63,278 bases of DNA, filler included, from Octopus bimaculoides (GCF_001194135.2; 5 parts of 5 records of this genome joined end to end with filler, not necessarily neighbours in it); one strand, 5' to 3'. Shown: positions 13,589-27,888, counted from the whole stretch's first letter. Notes: generated by a model not told the origin, from the letters alone. Translations and numbers: made by a program.

Positions 13589-14719
13589 CACATATATATA
13601 TATATATATATGTACACACACACACACACAAACACACAAACACACACAGGGGCATTAAACTGAAGCTGATGAAAGCAACAATGATAGTGATGTTGACACT
13701 TGTCCTGTCACCTGTAACTATTTAATCAATTATTACTTATCTCAGTATTTTCTCTTCTATGTTCTCCATCGCACTTTTATTCCTTTTTTCTAATCCTCTT
13801 TCTCCCTCCCCCCCCATTTTTGTCTCTTATGAAATTTGTTTTTTTTTCCTTTGGTTTTTTTTTTTATCGTTTATCTTTTATCCTTTCTTTCTTCCTTTCT
13901 TTCTGGTTTTCTCAAGAACTAAGTTACCTTGTTGATGTTTTGAACTTTCCTTACCCTCATATCTCATGTGCACCTAATGATCCAAAAGATCTTCTTTCGC
14001 CTCCTCCTCCTTCTCATCATCACCATCACTGTCCTCCTCTTCCTCCTCCTCTCTTCATTGCATTATTCCTCATTTGCTTCTCTGTTTTTCTGAAGAACAT
14101 ACACGCAAAAAAAAAAGCAAAAAAACCAAAAAAAGAAAGCAAAGAAGAATAGAAATGATTTTTTGAAACCTGCACAATGCAACTTGCCATTTTGCATAAA
14201 TACTGAAAGAAGTCTATATCGTGGTTAACTAATTCACTTTTCTTTGTCTTCTCTTTCTTTCTTTTTCTCTTAACATGGTGCCGGCGCTTGGTATTGTTTG
14301 GTATATGGTTGGTTTCCTTATCTCCTTTCACTTGCTATCTGTCTCCTAGGTAACGGAAACATTCTGCCATTTTTCTTTTAATATTTTTGTTTAATGTACT
14401 AAACCATGATGATGACAACTATTGCCATCATCATCATCATCATCATCATCATCTCATTATTTCTTTGAGTTGTTAATTCAAGCAACTGCTTTTTATTGGT
14501 GGATCTTTGGATGGGTAACTTGTCTGTAGATGTATTCAACCGTCTTTCTTTCTTTCCCTCCTGTTTTTCTTCTTTTTTTTTCCTCCTCAGCCTCCTCCTC
14601 ACCACTATCACGCTACCACTTACCTGAGTGTACAGTTATGTTTTAAACAAGATTAACAATATCCATACACACTTAATCAAAAGCTAAATAGGAAAGAAAG
14701 TAAACATGTTTTTGAACTA

Positions 14720-14908
14720 CAGGGTGGCCCAAAAGAAGGTTTACATTCATGTATTAACAGTTTAGATCTTAATTATGAAAACATATGAAACCATTATTCT
14801 GTGCAAATTTAGTTAATTGTAAGATAGAAATTTAAATGTAATAAAATGTTTTAGAAGAAATATAAAGTGCCTATGTGATAACTGTAAACCTACATTTGGG
14901 CCACCCTG
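14720..14908. mobile_element. Tc1/mariner-type MITE (189 bp)
   Basis: 26-bp TIRs CAGGGTGGCCCAAAAGAAGGTTTACA / CAGGGTGGCCCAAATGTAGGTTTACA (2 mismatches), flanked by TA at 14718-14719 and 14909-14910. Confidence 0.9.
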
Positions 14909-14930
14909 TATATATATATGTTTGTGTGTT

Positions 14931-14971
<41 letters not shown>

Positions 14972-15091
14972 GGTGCAGTGAATATAATGTCATCTAAAGT
15001 ACGCAAAAATGAAAATAGCTCTGATATCTCATTTGGTTAGATATATTTACCAAAATTACATAAACATATCTTGAAATACTAAAGAGCAAAT

Positions 15092-15394
15092 TCATTCAAT
15101 AAAATCGCCATTGGCTTCAACCACAGCCTCCAGACGACTTCGGAATCTCCTGCAACTCTTCTGGACAGTCTCCTTGTTTAAGTTAGTGAATGCTGCCATA
15201 ATCGTTGCTTTCAGTTTATCTTTGATGTTACAAGGAGTTTTGTTGGTCTCTCGCTCAACTGCGACCCACACATAATAATCAAGGAGGTTGCAGTCTGGGG
15301 AGTTAGTTGGCCAGATGTTAGGGGTGATGTGGTTGCAGGGATTGTCGGACAGCCATGACTGGGTTCTCCTGCTTGTGTGGCATGTTGCAGAGTC
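15092..15394 (-). mobile_element. DD37D (maT/Bmmar1-like) Tc1/mariner transposase, C-terminal remnant
   Basis: 100 open codons DSATCHTSRRTQSWLSDN...WPTNSPDCNLLDYYVW...RFRSRLEAVVEANGDFIE-stop, with 37 residues between the second and third catalytic Asp. The upstream Gln codon reads TAG and the 5' part is absent. Not in the supplied ORF track. Confidence 0.9.
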
Positions 15395-16999
15395 CTATTT
15401 GTGCCTCAGTGTCTTAAAAACATTAATCATAATTCTTACATGTGACTGATAAAAATTTATTGTTTTATGCTTACATAAACAATCTCTGGTACAAAATGGA
15501 AGAAGCCACATAGAAACAACCTGCTACATTCAGCCAATTTTCAAATACATCATCATCTTACATTAGTGACAACTAAGGCTAATTAAACTGAGTCAATCAC
15601 TGTTTTATGGTATATTTTATGGACATAAAACAGCACGACTTAGGAACTCTTATAGACATAATGTGGATTCCACATGAGAGACTGTGGTTACTAAAACTAA
15701 TTAAACTCACTTGATTTCCATTTTACTGTACATTTTATAAGCAGTAAGACACTGTGGTTTAGAATTTTTGCTGACAATTGAGGAGTCCAACATGCTATAT
15801 CTACATGGTCCCTTTTTGTAAGAGGGGTCTTTGTTGATGTAGAGCAGTGTTTCTCAACCTTTTTACCCTTGCGTAACCCTTAAAATAAATTATATGTCTC
15901 AAGGAACCCCTGCATAAAAAAAAAATCATATACTATTTCTTTCTCATTTTTTTTGTTTGTAGTTCCCAGATAGGTAAGATGGATTTATTGGTGTTCAGTT
16001 TGTAGAAAAATGCCAGTGAATGGGGGAGGGGATGGTGGTTATGGGAAGGAGGGATGAGGAAATAATCCCAGGAAGGTGGTGACTCTGGAAAGGAAAGGAA
16101 AGTTGGACGGGGTGATCAGAAAAGTTGTGGTAGTCGGGCAGGTGGAGGAGTATGTCTTTAGAAAGTTTAACCTTTTAGTATTTAAATCAGCCATATACAG
16201 CCCAAATATTCTGTTGTGTTCATACTGGCCATATTGGGCCTCTCACACTTGCCCTACAATGTCATTTTATAAATAAATAATCATATCATTGAAATCTTGA
16301 AGCTATGAGATAGTGCTCCAGCATGGCTGCAGTCTAATGGTTGAAACAAATGAAAGATAAAAGATAATATATAATAGGTGAGTGAGAACAAAAGGGTTTA
16401 TCATAAGAGCATATATATATATATATATATATATATATCATTGATTAAAAAGATAAATACTTTTTTTCTATTAAAAAAAGACAATTATGATCTAATTAAT
16501 ATTTCATTTCTAATTTAACAAAAAGAGAGAAAATCACAGACTGAGTAATGTAATAAAATAGACAAAGGCAGTTGGAGTTTCTTTGATAAACTTTATAATA
16601 GTTAGTCTATTAAACAACTGTGTTAATTATAAGCAGCTATAGAATTAAAAATCATGTTTTCTCTCTCCCTGTATTGTTTCAGAGAGTGGTTTGTGTATTA
16701 TTTTTGGCTATTTAATGTTAATTTTCTTGGTTGATTCTTAACATTTCTGAATACCAACACATTGTAAAACAATACGCATGTGTGAGGTTTTTTTGTTGAT
16801 TTTTTTTTGTGTGTGTTAAAACCACTTTTGAATTTGTTTTAGGAGAGATTTAATTTTTCTAATTAAATCCATATTTCATTATAATCATGTGTGTATGAGA
16901 GTGTTCATATGCATGTGTGTGTGTTTGTATATGTATATATATATATGTATAGATGTGTGTGTGTATTTATACAGCTGTATAGATGTGTATCTATACAGA

Positions 17000-17049
<50 letters not shown>

Positions 17050-17803
17050 AACGGCGATGATGATGATGATGATATATATATATATAGATAGATGTGTGTA
17101 TGTGTATATATAGATGTGTGTGTATGTGTATATATAGATGTGTAATGTGTGTATGTATAATGCGTGAATGAAAAGTAGAGGCGTGGTATCATATGCATAA
17201 AATACAGTGTGGTACCAATTACAAAGAATTAAAGAACAAAGAAAAGACAAAAAAAAAAAAATCACAGCAACACAAGATTTATTTGGTTTAATTAATATTT
17301 TGTTACTGACATGAAAAAAAAAAAAAACAGAAAAAAGAAGCAATAAAAAGAACTCTCTCTCTCTCTCCCCAGTAAAGTATAATGAAATATAAAAAAACTG
17401 CTGTTAGAATTTTATTTGATAAACTATTAAACAACTGCATTAACAACTGTCAATTAAACAACTACACTAATTAGAAATAACCAATGAATTATATAAAAAA
17501 AAAAAGCAAGGTCTTTCCTCTGTCTCTGCTTTTGAATATATTTCACCTGTTAATTTTCTACTTAATATCAATTCTCTTCGTTGATTCTTAACGTTTTCAA
17601 TATTAACATGTTGAGGGGGAAAAAAAGTGTATTTCTGTTAAAATCGCTTTCAGTTTGTCATGCTTTTGGTGAGATTTATGTTATTATTTGAAAATCTGTT
17701 TGATTTTACACCAGTTAACATCTTTGGATGCAAAAACTTGTAGCTTGATGTCCCCGCTGGAGACATTGGCTGCAGCCCATGCAAATAAAAGCAAGGGCAA
17801 AAC

Positions 17804-17840
<37 letters not shown>

Positions 17841-17842
17841 GT

Positions 17843-18254
17843 CAGGTGCAGCTGTGTGGTAAGAAGCTTGCTTCCCAACCACATGAATCCGGGTTCAGTC
17901 CCACTGCATGGCACCTTGGGCAAGTGTCTCCTACTATAGCCTCAGGCCAACCAAAGCCTTGTGAGTGGATTTGGTAGCCAGAAACTGAAAGAAGCCAGTC
18001 ATGTGTTTATATATATATATATTTGTGTGTGTGTGTGTGTGTGTTTGTGTGTCTGTGTTTGTCCTCCCATCATTGCTTGACAACCGATGTTGGTGTATTT
18101 ACATCCCCGTAACCTAGCGGTTCGGCAAAAGAGACTGATAGAATAAGTACTAGACTTACAAAGAATAAGTCTTGGGGTTGATTTGTTCAACTAAAGGGCA
18201 GTGCTCCAGCATGGCTGCAGTCAAATGCCTAAAACAAGTAAAAGAGTAAAAGAG
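17843..18254 (+). mobile_element. tRNA-derived SINE, family A, full length with internal (TA)n(TG)n
   Basis: gctgtgtggtaagaagcttgcttcccaaccacatg...gggttcagtcccactg head, ccttgggcaagtgtc core, internal microsatellite, 3' actgaaacaagtaaaagag-type tail. The most abundant family in the window. Confidence 0.9.
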
Positions 18255-18988
18255 TCTCAATTCTTAGCACAAGGGCGTCAATTTTCTGGGGTGGGAATGA
18301 GTTGATTATATCGACTCCCCACCCCAGTACATGACTGGTACCTTTCTTTATCGATGCTGAAAGAATAACGAAAGGCAAAGCTTTTATACTCACAATGTAC
18401 ATAGAAGACAGAAATGCTCCAAAGCATTTTGTCCGATGTAGTAATGATTCTGCTAGCTCACTGCTGCATATAATTATCTGGTAATAATCTGCTTGCAAAT
18501 AAAAAGAAGTGTACAACCAAGGGAGATAAATCTAAGATGATGAAGGTTATCATCGCCCTACGAGGGACAGACAAACAGAGAAAGATGAAGACACACTGCC
18601 AATTATATTACTTTAATATATATATCTCCCTCTGTGACTCTCTTGTCTTTCTATCTTTTGGTATCTCTCTTTCTCTCTATCTCTTGGGCGTTCTCTTCGC
18701 CCTCACCCTTTGTCTCTCTTCTCTCTCTCACACACTTTCTCTTTAAAAGCTGAATTGTTGAGTGAAATTAGTTTCCAGTCTTGGCTCAGTGTTACATTTA
18801 ATTATATAACATGTTCCGCACGTTTACACACACTCATGTACTCACGCATATAAGGCTACTACTGTTCTGTCCCCTCTCCAGCCCTGCCCACCGCAACATT
18901 CCAATATACTTTGAATGTTTTTATTTATTTAATCCTCCTCCATCTTTTGCCCACCATTTCTCTGTCCATCTGTCTGTCTCTCTATCTA

Positions 18989-19021
<33 letters not shown>

Positions 19022-20366
19022 AACAAAGCAAAGGAGAAAAAAAATAAAGAAATAGTTTATTGCTGGCTTTTCCTTGAATATTGATTTTTATTAGCTATGT
19101 ATGTCGAGTTAATTAAGCAGTTGAACAAAGAAATTTAAAATTTTATAAAAAAAGAAACAATAACAAAAAAAAAAAATTGTGGAATTTTTTTTTAAATTAA
19201 AAAAAAAAACTCCAAAAATCATAAACATAGCAATTGGAATTTCTTAACCTTTTATTGTAATTTCGCTCCACCCCTCCCTCAGTATACTCACCACACCTTA
19301 TATCTGAATATTATTATGACAAGCTTTTAATTTTTGTCGTCAATATTTTTTTCTCTCTANNNNNNNNNNNNNNNNNNNNNNNNNNNNNNNNNNNNNNNNN
19401 NNNNNNNNNNNNNNNNNNNNNNNNNNNNNNNNNNNNNNNNNNNNNNNNNNNNNNNNNNNNNNNNNNNNNNNNNNNNNNNNNNNNNNNNNNNNNNNNNNNN
19501 NNNNNNNNNNNNNNNNNNNNNNNNNNNNNNNNNNNNNNNNNNNNNNNNNNNNNNNNNNNNNNNNNNNNNNNNNNNNNNNNNNNNNNNNNNNNNNNNNNNN
19601 NNNNNNNNNNNNNNNNNNNNNNNNNNNNNNNNNNNNNNNNNNNNNNNNNNNNNNNNNNNNNNNNNNNNNNNNNNNNNNNNNNNNNNNNNNNNNNNNNNNN
19701 NNNNNNNNNNNNNNNNNNNNNNNNNNNNNNNNNNNNNNNNNNNNNNNNNNNNNNNNNNNNNNNNNNNNNNNNNNNNNNNNNNNNNNNNNNNNNNNNNNNN
19801 NNNNNNNNNNNNNNNNNNNNNNNNNNNNNNNNNNNNNNNNNNNNNNNNNNNNNNNNNNNNNNNNNNNNNNNNNNNNNNNNNNNNNNNNNNNNNNNNNNNN
19901 NNNNNNNNNNNNNNNNNNNNNNNNNNNNNNNNNNNNNNNNNNNNNNNNNNNNNNNNNNNNNNNNNNNNNNNNNNNNNNNNNNNNNNNNNNNNNNNNNNNN
20001 NNNNNNNNNNNNNNNNNNNNNNNNNNNNNNNNNNNNNNNNNNNNNNNNNNNNNNNNNNNNNNNNNNNNNNNNNNNNNNNNNNNNNNNNNNNNNNNNNNNN
20101 NNNNNNNNNNNNNNNNNNNNNNNNNNNNNNNNNNNNNNNNNNNNNNNNNNNNNNNNNNNNNNNNNNNNNNNNNNNNNNNNNNNNNNNNNNNNNNNNNNNN
20201 NNNNNNNNNNNNNNNNNNNNNNNNNNNNNNNNNNNNNNNNNNNNNNNNNNNNNNNNNNNNNNNNNNNNNNNNNNNNNNNNNNNNNNNNNNNNNNNNNNNN
20301 NNNNNNNNNNNNNNNNNNNNNNNNNNNNNNNNNNNNNNNNNTATATATATATATATATACATACAT

Positions 20367-20414
<48 letters not shown>

Positions 20415-21062
20415 GTATATATATATATGTATATGCATATATATGTATATATATGTATATGTATATATATATATACATTATTTCCTTTTTAGTATTCTAG
20501 ATGGTGTCGTTCTTTCTTTCTTCGTTTTTAAATAGAAATTTTTGCGTCTTCATCTTCATCGTTTTTCATTGTTAGAATTGATTTTTTATTTTGTTTTTGT
20601 GCAGCTTTCATTTTTCTTATTTAATTAGCTATAAACTGTTAACAACTTCTCGCCATCGAGGGAAATACCGTTTAGTTTTTTTTGTTTTGTTTTTTATATA
20701 TTTTTTTTCTTCCCCATTTATTATTGTTTTTTGTTTTTGTAGTTGTGTTGTTGACCCAAGAGGATTTCCATTTTCTCCTTAGTTTTATTTCCTTATCATT
20801 CACTTTCTGTCATGTTTCTATCGCAGTGATAATTGACATGATAACCACAATCACCGTTGTGATGTTCATCGTCATCGTCATCGTCGTCGTTATCGTCATC
20901 ATCATAATCATCATCAGTATCACACAATCGTAAGAGTGCTGCTGTTGTTATTATTTCCATCTGAGGAATTCCAATCAATTGAACAGAGAGCGATCTGTAA
21001 TGAAAGAACCCAAACAATACGAAACCTCCTGCTATTTGAACTCAAGGCCACTGTCGTGATTC

Positions 21063-21320
21063 CATTGTCACCGTGTTGCCGAGATTAGCTCCTTAGCGTC
21101 ATTGTCACCACGTTGCCGAGTTGAGCTCCTTAGTGACATTGTCAACATTGTAAAAAAAAAAAAAATAATAATAATAAATAAAATTTTTTTTTCCTCTGGG
21201 GGTATTGTGACACCATTGAGGTCTGTACCTTAGGGGGAACATTGTCACACTGGTGAGGCCATTGTCTTAGGAATGAGTTTCTGTGTTTCTGTAACATTGT
21301 CACACCAGGGACATCATTGG
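21063..21320. repeat. Decayed 37-bp tandem repeat rich in CATTGT(CA)
   Basis: CATTGT at 21063, 21100, 21137, 21146, 21240, 21260 and 21297; 37-bp spacing recurs. Confidence 0.75.
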
Positions 21321-24300
21321 CCCTTATTGCTTTAAAACAGCCCCATTCAAAAGAGGTTTTCATTGAAGATCTGTCTCATATTGTTGTCTGCCTTTTGAAT
21401 TGAAGAGACACTCATGTCTAATAACTGAGATATTTTAGAATTTAATCTCGACTGAGAGGCAAATATGGTTAACCCTTTTGTTACTGAGAAATATGGAAGG
21501 GGCAAAAGGGTTAAGCCTTTTGTTACCATAAATCTTGGAAATAATGAAGAATTTATGAAAACAGTTTTGTCATTATCAAGCGTGTGTTTTGGAACATAAG
21601 CTACTAACATGAAATTTTGGTGCAAGGTTTTATAACTTAGATCATTTTAAAACCAGAAGATTGTATCATGGAACCAGAGGAAGTCTCAGGCAGGTTTGGA
21701 ATCAAAAGAGTTAAGTCTGACATAAATTGTAAACAGTGACTTGGTCTAGTGGGTAGGGTACTCAACGCATAATCATAAGATTGTGGGTTCAGTTTCTGAA
21801 CTGGGTAGCACGTTGTGCCCTTGAACAAGGCACTTCATTTCATGTTGCTACAATCTATTCAGCTGAAAATAAGTACCACCTAGGGTACTTGACTGTTCTG
21901 TTGAGCAAAAGATGAGGGGTGGGGGAAAATGGGCGTCTATATACCTGTTTGTGACTACATAGGTATCCAAAACAATTAACTAAAGCTGGGAGTCCACATG
22001 AGATTCCATTGTTAAAATCTATGTGCAATAAATTGGTCATACTTCTAAGATACACAAAGTATTTTCACAATTTTTTTTTATACATTTGCTAATAATGTTT
22101 GATTCTTAAAATATAATAGGAGTTGTGTTTAGAGAGAGTCATTATGCCAATATCAATAACACACACACTGGTTCAATTCCATTCCTTTATTATTAGTCAT
22201 TTGGTTAAATATCCAACTAACTAATTGACTGTTTAACCAAGTTAAACAAACAAGTGATTAGTTAGTTGGACGCTGCCTAGGCACAACGAAATTTGTTTCA
22301 ACACACACATTCACGTAAAGAATCTTGTGAACCAGATACAAAAGCGAAGTGTATATATATATATATGCATGCTTGTATCTATGTAAATACATGTATGCAT
22401 ACATGAATATATATGTATGTATCTATGTGTAAATGTTTGTATGTATATGTGTGTGTGTATATATATATTATATGTATGTATGTATATATGTGTACATATA
22501 ATATGTATGTCTGTCTGTCTGTGTGTATAAGGAATACAGGAAAAAATTCAAAGAAATGGAAATCAATTTTGTTAACAATTTTATTAACAAGGCATTGCAC
22601 TGATATAAGCAAATTATTGGATTAAACTATCTATGTACATGTATATGTGTATATATATGTATTATATCCTCCTATTTTCAAAGAATATTAAAAATATTTC
22701 TTTCATCTAATTGAATACATTTTAGAAATTTTATCTCGTTTTTTTTCTTTTTCTTTTTTTTTTCACCCCATAAACTGAAAATTTGCATGATTAAATTTAA
22801 TTATATATGTATATAAAGATGGGAAAAGATTGACATATCTTAACAGCTGTGATATTCACAGAGATGAATCAGAAATGCAAACACACACACACACACACAC
22901 ACTGATTTTTTAAAGCTCTATTTTACATATGTATGTGTCCAAGTATGTGTATGCATGTCTGTACATATGTATGTATATTTAAATGATGAAATGTACATCA
23001 GTGCATTTACTAATTCAAATATTGTTTTTTTTTTTCATAAATTTACTTTAAAAAAAAAAAAGAAAAAAATCTAAAGAAAAAAAATTCAAATGTGGAAAGT
23101 GTTTTACCAGTGCTAAAATGACATTGTCGTTTGTCTTTTAAAACTGCTGATCAGCCAGAGACAGGTTTTACTTGTCAGAAACCTCTGAGTGGTATCATAT
23201 CTACTCCACAATGAAACAATGAATTCTGTTTTTTAATAGATGCAGGTATGGCTGTGTGTTAAGAAGTTTGCTTCCCAACCTCATGATCTTGGGTTCAGTC
23301 TCACTGAGCCTCCCCTCTCCATGCCACCGAAGTTATCCAAAGGAAAGGCAAAGGGGCCGACACAGCTTGGCACCAGTGACGTTGCAACCCATTTCTACAG
23401 CTGAGTGAACTGGAGCAATGTGAAAATAAAGTGTCTTGCTCAAGAACACAACACAGCCCGGTCTGGATATCAAACTCACTATCTCATGATTTTGAACCCG
23501 ACGCTCAAACCAATGAGCCGTGCGCCTTCCAGTCACTTATACACACTGTCAAGTAACAAGCCTTTGTGTTTTGAGGCTCAAGAAAAATGAGGAATAATTA
23601 AAAAGATTTATTAATCTGTGAAAAAGAGAAATGACTGGATAAAATAAAGCCTTTGCTTTTCTTGATTGGGCAGTCAGTTGATGACCAAATGGAAACCTAG
23701 TATCCGGTTTCAATTTCCAGTTAAAATGAATTCATTGACTGTGGTTATGCTTTATTTTATTTTTATTTAATAGAAAAATGAATGAATGTTACTTTTCATT
23801 TGTATTGCCTCTGACTTTTTTCTTTTTTAATTTTTTAAATGCCTCTGGTTAAATTAACCGTCTTCAAATCTTTTTTGTATTTTTTAAGAAAAAGGAAATA
23901 AAAAAAGTAATTTTGTTCTTTCATTTGTAATATTTCTAATAGTGAATTCGAGGCACAATATCAATGTCATCATTTTCGTCCATCACCGTCATTTTTGTTT
24001 ACCGTCGTTGTTGTTGTCAACATCCTTGTCATAGTTACCATCGTCAAAAACCTGCAGTTAGAGCAGCATTGCTGATAGCAGTGATGGTGTTAAAGCTGTT
24101 AACTCCATTGCCACCACTACAACCATCGCCACCACTACAACCATCGCCACCACCGCCACCATCTCGATTATCGTTGTCATCATCATTGGTTAATGGACAA
24201 TGAGCATTGGATGAAAAAAAACAGAAAAACAATATGGTCTACGGTGTTGGTGGCGGCGAGGAAAAAATATGGTCTATGTGGTAGCAGGAGGCTAAGGGGA

Positions 24301-25404
24301 AACTGCAAGTAAAGGGGATGGAAAAGTCAGGCCTCAAGTTGTTGGGGCCTTTGCGTAGACAAGCTGACAAAAGAAGCAACCATGATGAATGGCAATATGT
24401 TATATGACAGAGCCATCCATGACACACCAGCATGGAGAAAAAAATAAAAGTCAAAAATAAAAAAATAAATAAATAAAATAAAGCAAAAAATGGTTGTTAA
24501 AACAATGAATGAATGAAATTACTGCTGCTTCTGCTTCTGCTACTGCTGCTGTTGATTACGATTCATGGATTTGGCTGGTCTGCACTTAATGCACTGTTTG
24601 ATGCATATTAATTTTGCATCGTTTGATAAGGTGGCCTAATTTTTCTAATTCAATTCTGTTAAGTGAATTTTGTTGATTGATTTCGTTGATTGTTAAAAGC
24701 GAAATCTGGAAATACGTAAAAGGAAGGAGATCCGGAATGGTTCGCTCACTTGCCTCATCCTTGGAGTTTTAACTTTTAAAAAGGCAAGACGCGAAAAAAG
24801 AAAAATGAAGAAATTTTTTTTTATTTTTGTCAAATCCAAATTAAAAATTTTGGTGAAAGAAATTAGCTTTTTTTTTTTTTTTCCAATAATTTCTTTTTGA
24901 TCTTTTTTTTCTTTTTTTATTTATTATGTCATTATTAAATTTTTGTCATCCTCATCATTACCACCATCATCAACATCATCACCACCACTACCACCATCAA
25001 CATCTTTGCCATCATCATCACCACCACCACCACCACCATCGTTAACATCATCACCATCAATATCATAATCACCACCACCATCAGTATTATTAGTTGTCTC
25101 ATTACAACAGGATCCTAATTTCACCATTGGATACCATTATCCATCATCTCCATTTCTATTGTCACACTCCCCCCTTATTACTAACATCTGTCATCACCAT
25201 CGAAGGACTCTATGTGGTCACTCAACATGCTAGGAATAGCAGCTCCGTCTTCATTGTGTCCTTTCTATAAGCGTCTCCATGGTCATTGCCCTAATGAACT
25301 TCCTTGTCCAGCACCTTCTGTCAAAACCTTAAAATGTGTCCCTCTGTTCTCTTCCTTGGCACATTTTTTTCTCTGTGAAACTTTCTAGTAATCACAAATC
25401 CTTA

Positions 25405-25745
25405 CTGTATTTGATGGCCTATAAGACGCACCTTTTTTTTTTTTTACCCCAAATTGGCTTAAAAAATCCCCTTGTGTCCAATGCACTCAATGTAGGCTCA
25501 AAACTCGCTCAAAGCAGTATGTATGTTTATGAAACGTGCTGCCATCTATTGGTGAACAATTGCCTACGGTATGTTTATATCAAATGTGGATGCAATAAAT
25601 TACTTATAATTACTGGTAATAACAAAGTTATACAGGAAGTGGAGGAATTAAAACATTATTTTAGTGGTAATTTATTTTACAGAAGTATAGCTGAGGCTAA
25701 GGTGCGTCCCATGCACTCGTGTGTCTTACAGGCCATCAAATATGG
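25405..25745. mobile_element. TA-flanked pogo/Tc2-like MITE (341 bp)
   Basis: TIRs CTGTATTTGATGGCCTATAAGACGCAC / CCATATTTGATGGCCTGTAAGACACAC, with TA at 25403-25404 and 25746-25747. Confidence 0.8.
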
Positions 25746-26022
25746 TACTTTGATATGACAAAGCACCATGTTAAAAACATCATGACCACGGTCTCAGGAA
25801 GTGTGATGCCTGTTGCTATGTGAAATAGTGTAATCTGAGATGCCTGGAAGAACAAAGGAAAAAGAACAGGATGGTCATGGCTGGAATGCTGTTGATTATA
25901 GGCCTACTCAATCAGAGCTGACCTGGGGTTAAATAATTATGTTTATAGTCGTGTTTGTTTTAGTTTTGAAGTCTTGTAAGAGATGGTAGATTAGCCACCC
26001 ACTGTCTTATACATATGCACGT

Positions 26023-26057
<35 letters not shown>

Positions 26058-26246
26058 CATATGTATCTCTATATATAAATATACTCACATGTATATATGC
26101 ATATGTACACACACATGCATTTATACATGTGTGTATATTCATACACACACTTATATATAAATGTTTATGTAATATGTGTATACTTATACACATACATGCA
26201 TGTTTAAATATTTATATAAAAAACTCCCTCCACAACATATATATAA

Positions 26247-26284
<38 letters not shown>

Positions 26285-26503
26285 NNNNNNNNNNNNNNNN
26301 NNNNNNNNNNNNNNNNNNNNNNNNNNNNNNNNNNNNNNNNNNNNNNNNNNNNNNNNNNNNNNNNNNNNNNNNNNNNNNNNNNNNNNNNNNNNNNNNNNNN
26401 NNNNNNNNNNNNNNNNNNNNNNNNNNNNNNNNNNNNNNNNNNNNNNNNNNNNNNNNNNNNNNNNNNNNNNNNNNNNNNNNNNNNNNNNNNNNNNNNNNNN
26501 NNN

Positions 26504-26554
<51 letters not shown>

Positions 26555-27392
26555 AGCACACACACACACACCTTTGAACCTCTTTTCTTTCATTAGAAAA
26601 TATGATTTGTCTGTCAATTCTGAAGAAATAAGTTTTAGATGATAAAGAAGATATCTCTTGGGTAAGAAATGAATTAATGCATTTACCAAAGCAGTATCTA
26701 CTGTCGTCCACGTCACAACTTAATATTTTCATTTCCATAATCAAATTAACTGTAAATATTACTTTCTGAAAATTTATAATTTGTTTTTGTATATTTCTGT
26801 AATTTTTTTTGTTTTCCTTTTCTTTCTTTTTTTTTTTTTTTCTAATTATGCGGCTGTCTGCTGATTTCCGTTTGCCGATAACATTGTGTAAAATGTTTCT
26901 CTATTTTGTACGGATCTGTGCTGTGTGTTGAGGCTTTATTTTAGAGTGTGTGCCATTAAAATAATTTGTCAAACTTGTTGGATTTATCAAATTTAGTGAA
27001 ATCGTTTAAGCAGTTGTAAAAGACAAATATATCTAAATGTTGCTGTATTTAGATGCATTCTCTTAAATTCTGTGTCTAACCTGTTAGCATTTAAACCAGC
27101 CATATATTCTACCTGTTTTATGTTCAAACTGATTAGATCCAGTCTCTCACACCTACCTTACAATGTCATTCTAAAAATAATAAACAATCATATCGTTAGA
27201 ATCTCAAAGCAATGATTAATTCAAAATGTGCAAAATGTGCAGTGTTAAACTTTGGTATGAAATTTTCTCCTTCACATTCAACCTTGATTCTAGCTTTGCC
27301 CGATGTATAAGTCGCTCCAAGTTTTCCCATTTAAGACCAAGTATAAAATAGTGCGAATTATACTCAAGTAAATACAGTTTGTGTAGATATGC

Positions 27393-27437
<45 letters not shown>

Positions 27438-27845
27438 TGTGTATATATGTACATATATGTATATATATATATATATATATATNNNNNNNNNNNNNNNNNN
27501 NNNNNNNNNNNNNNNNNNNNNNNNNNNNNNNNNNNNNNNNNNNNNNNNNNNNNNNNNNNNNNNNNNNNNNNNNNNNNNNNNNNNNNNNNNNNNNNNNNNN
27601 NNNNNNNNNNNNNNNNNNNNNNNNNNNNNNNNNNNNNNNNNNNNNNNNNNNNNNNNNNNNNNNNNNNNNNNNNNNNNNNNNNNNNNNNNNNNNNNNNNNN
27701 NNNNNNNNNNNNNNNNNNNNNNNNNNNNNNNNNNNNNNNNNNNNNNNNNNNNNNNNNNNNNNNNNNNNNNNNNTATATATATGTGTATGTATGTATTTGT
27801 ATATATATATGTATATATATATGTATATATATATGTGTATGTATA

Positions 27846-27888
<43 letters not shown>

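Noticed and set aside
16021-16056. Potential G-quadruplex (GGGGG-GGGG-GGG-GGG)
   Set aside because: One loop is 11 nt and such purine tracts are common; no further support.
25336-25758. 140-aa ORF
   Set aside because: It lies almost entirely inside an AT-rich TA-flanked MITE and has no transposase motif.
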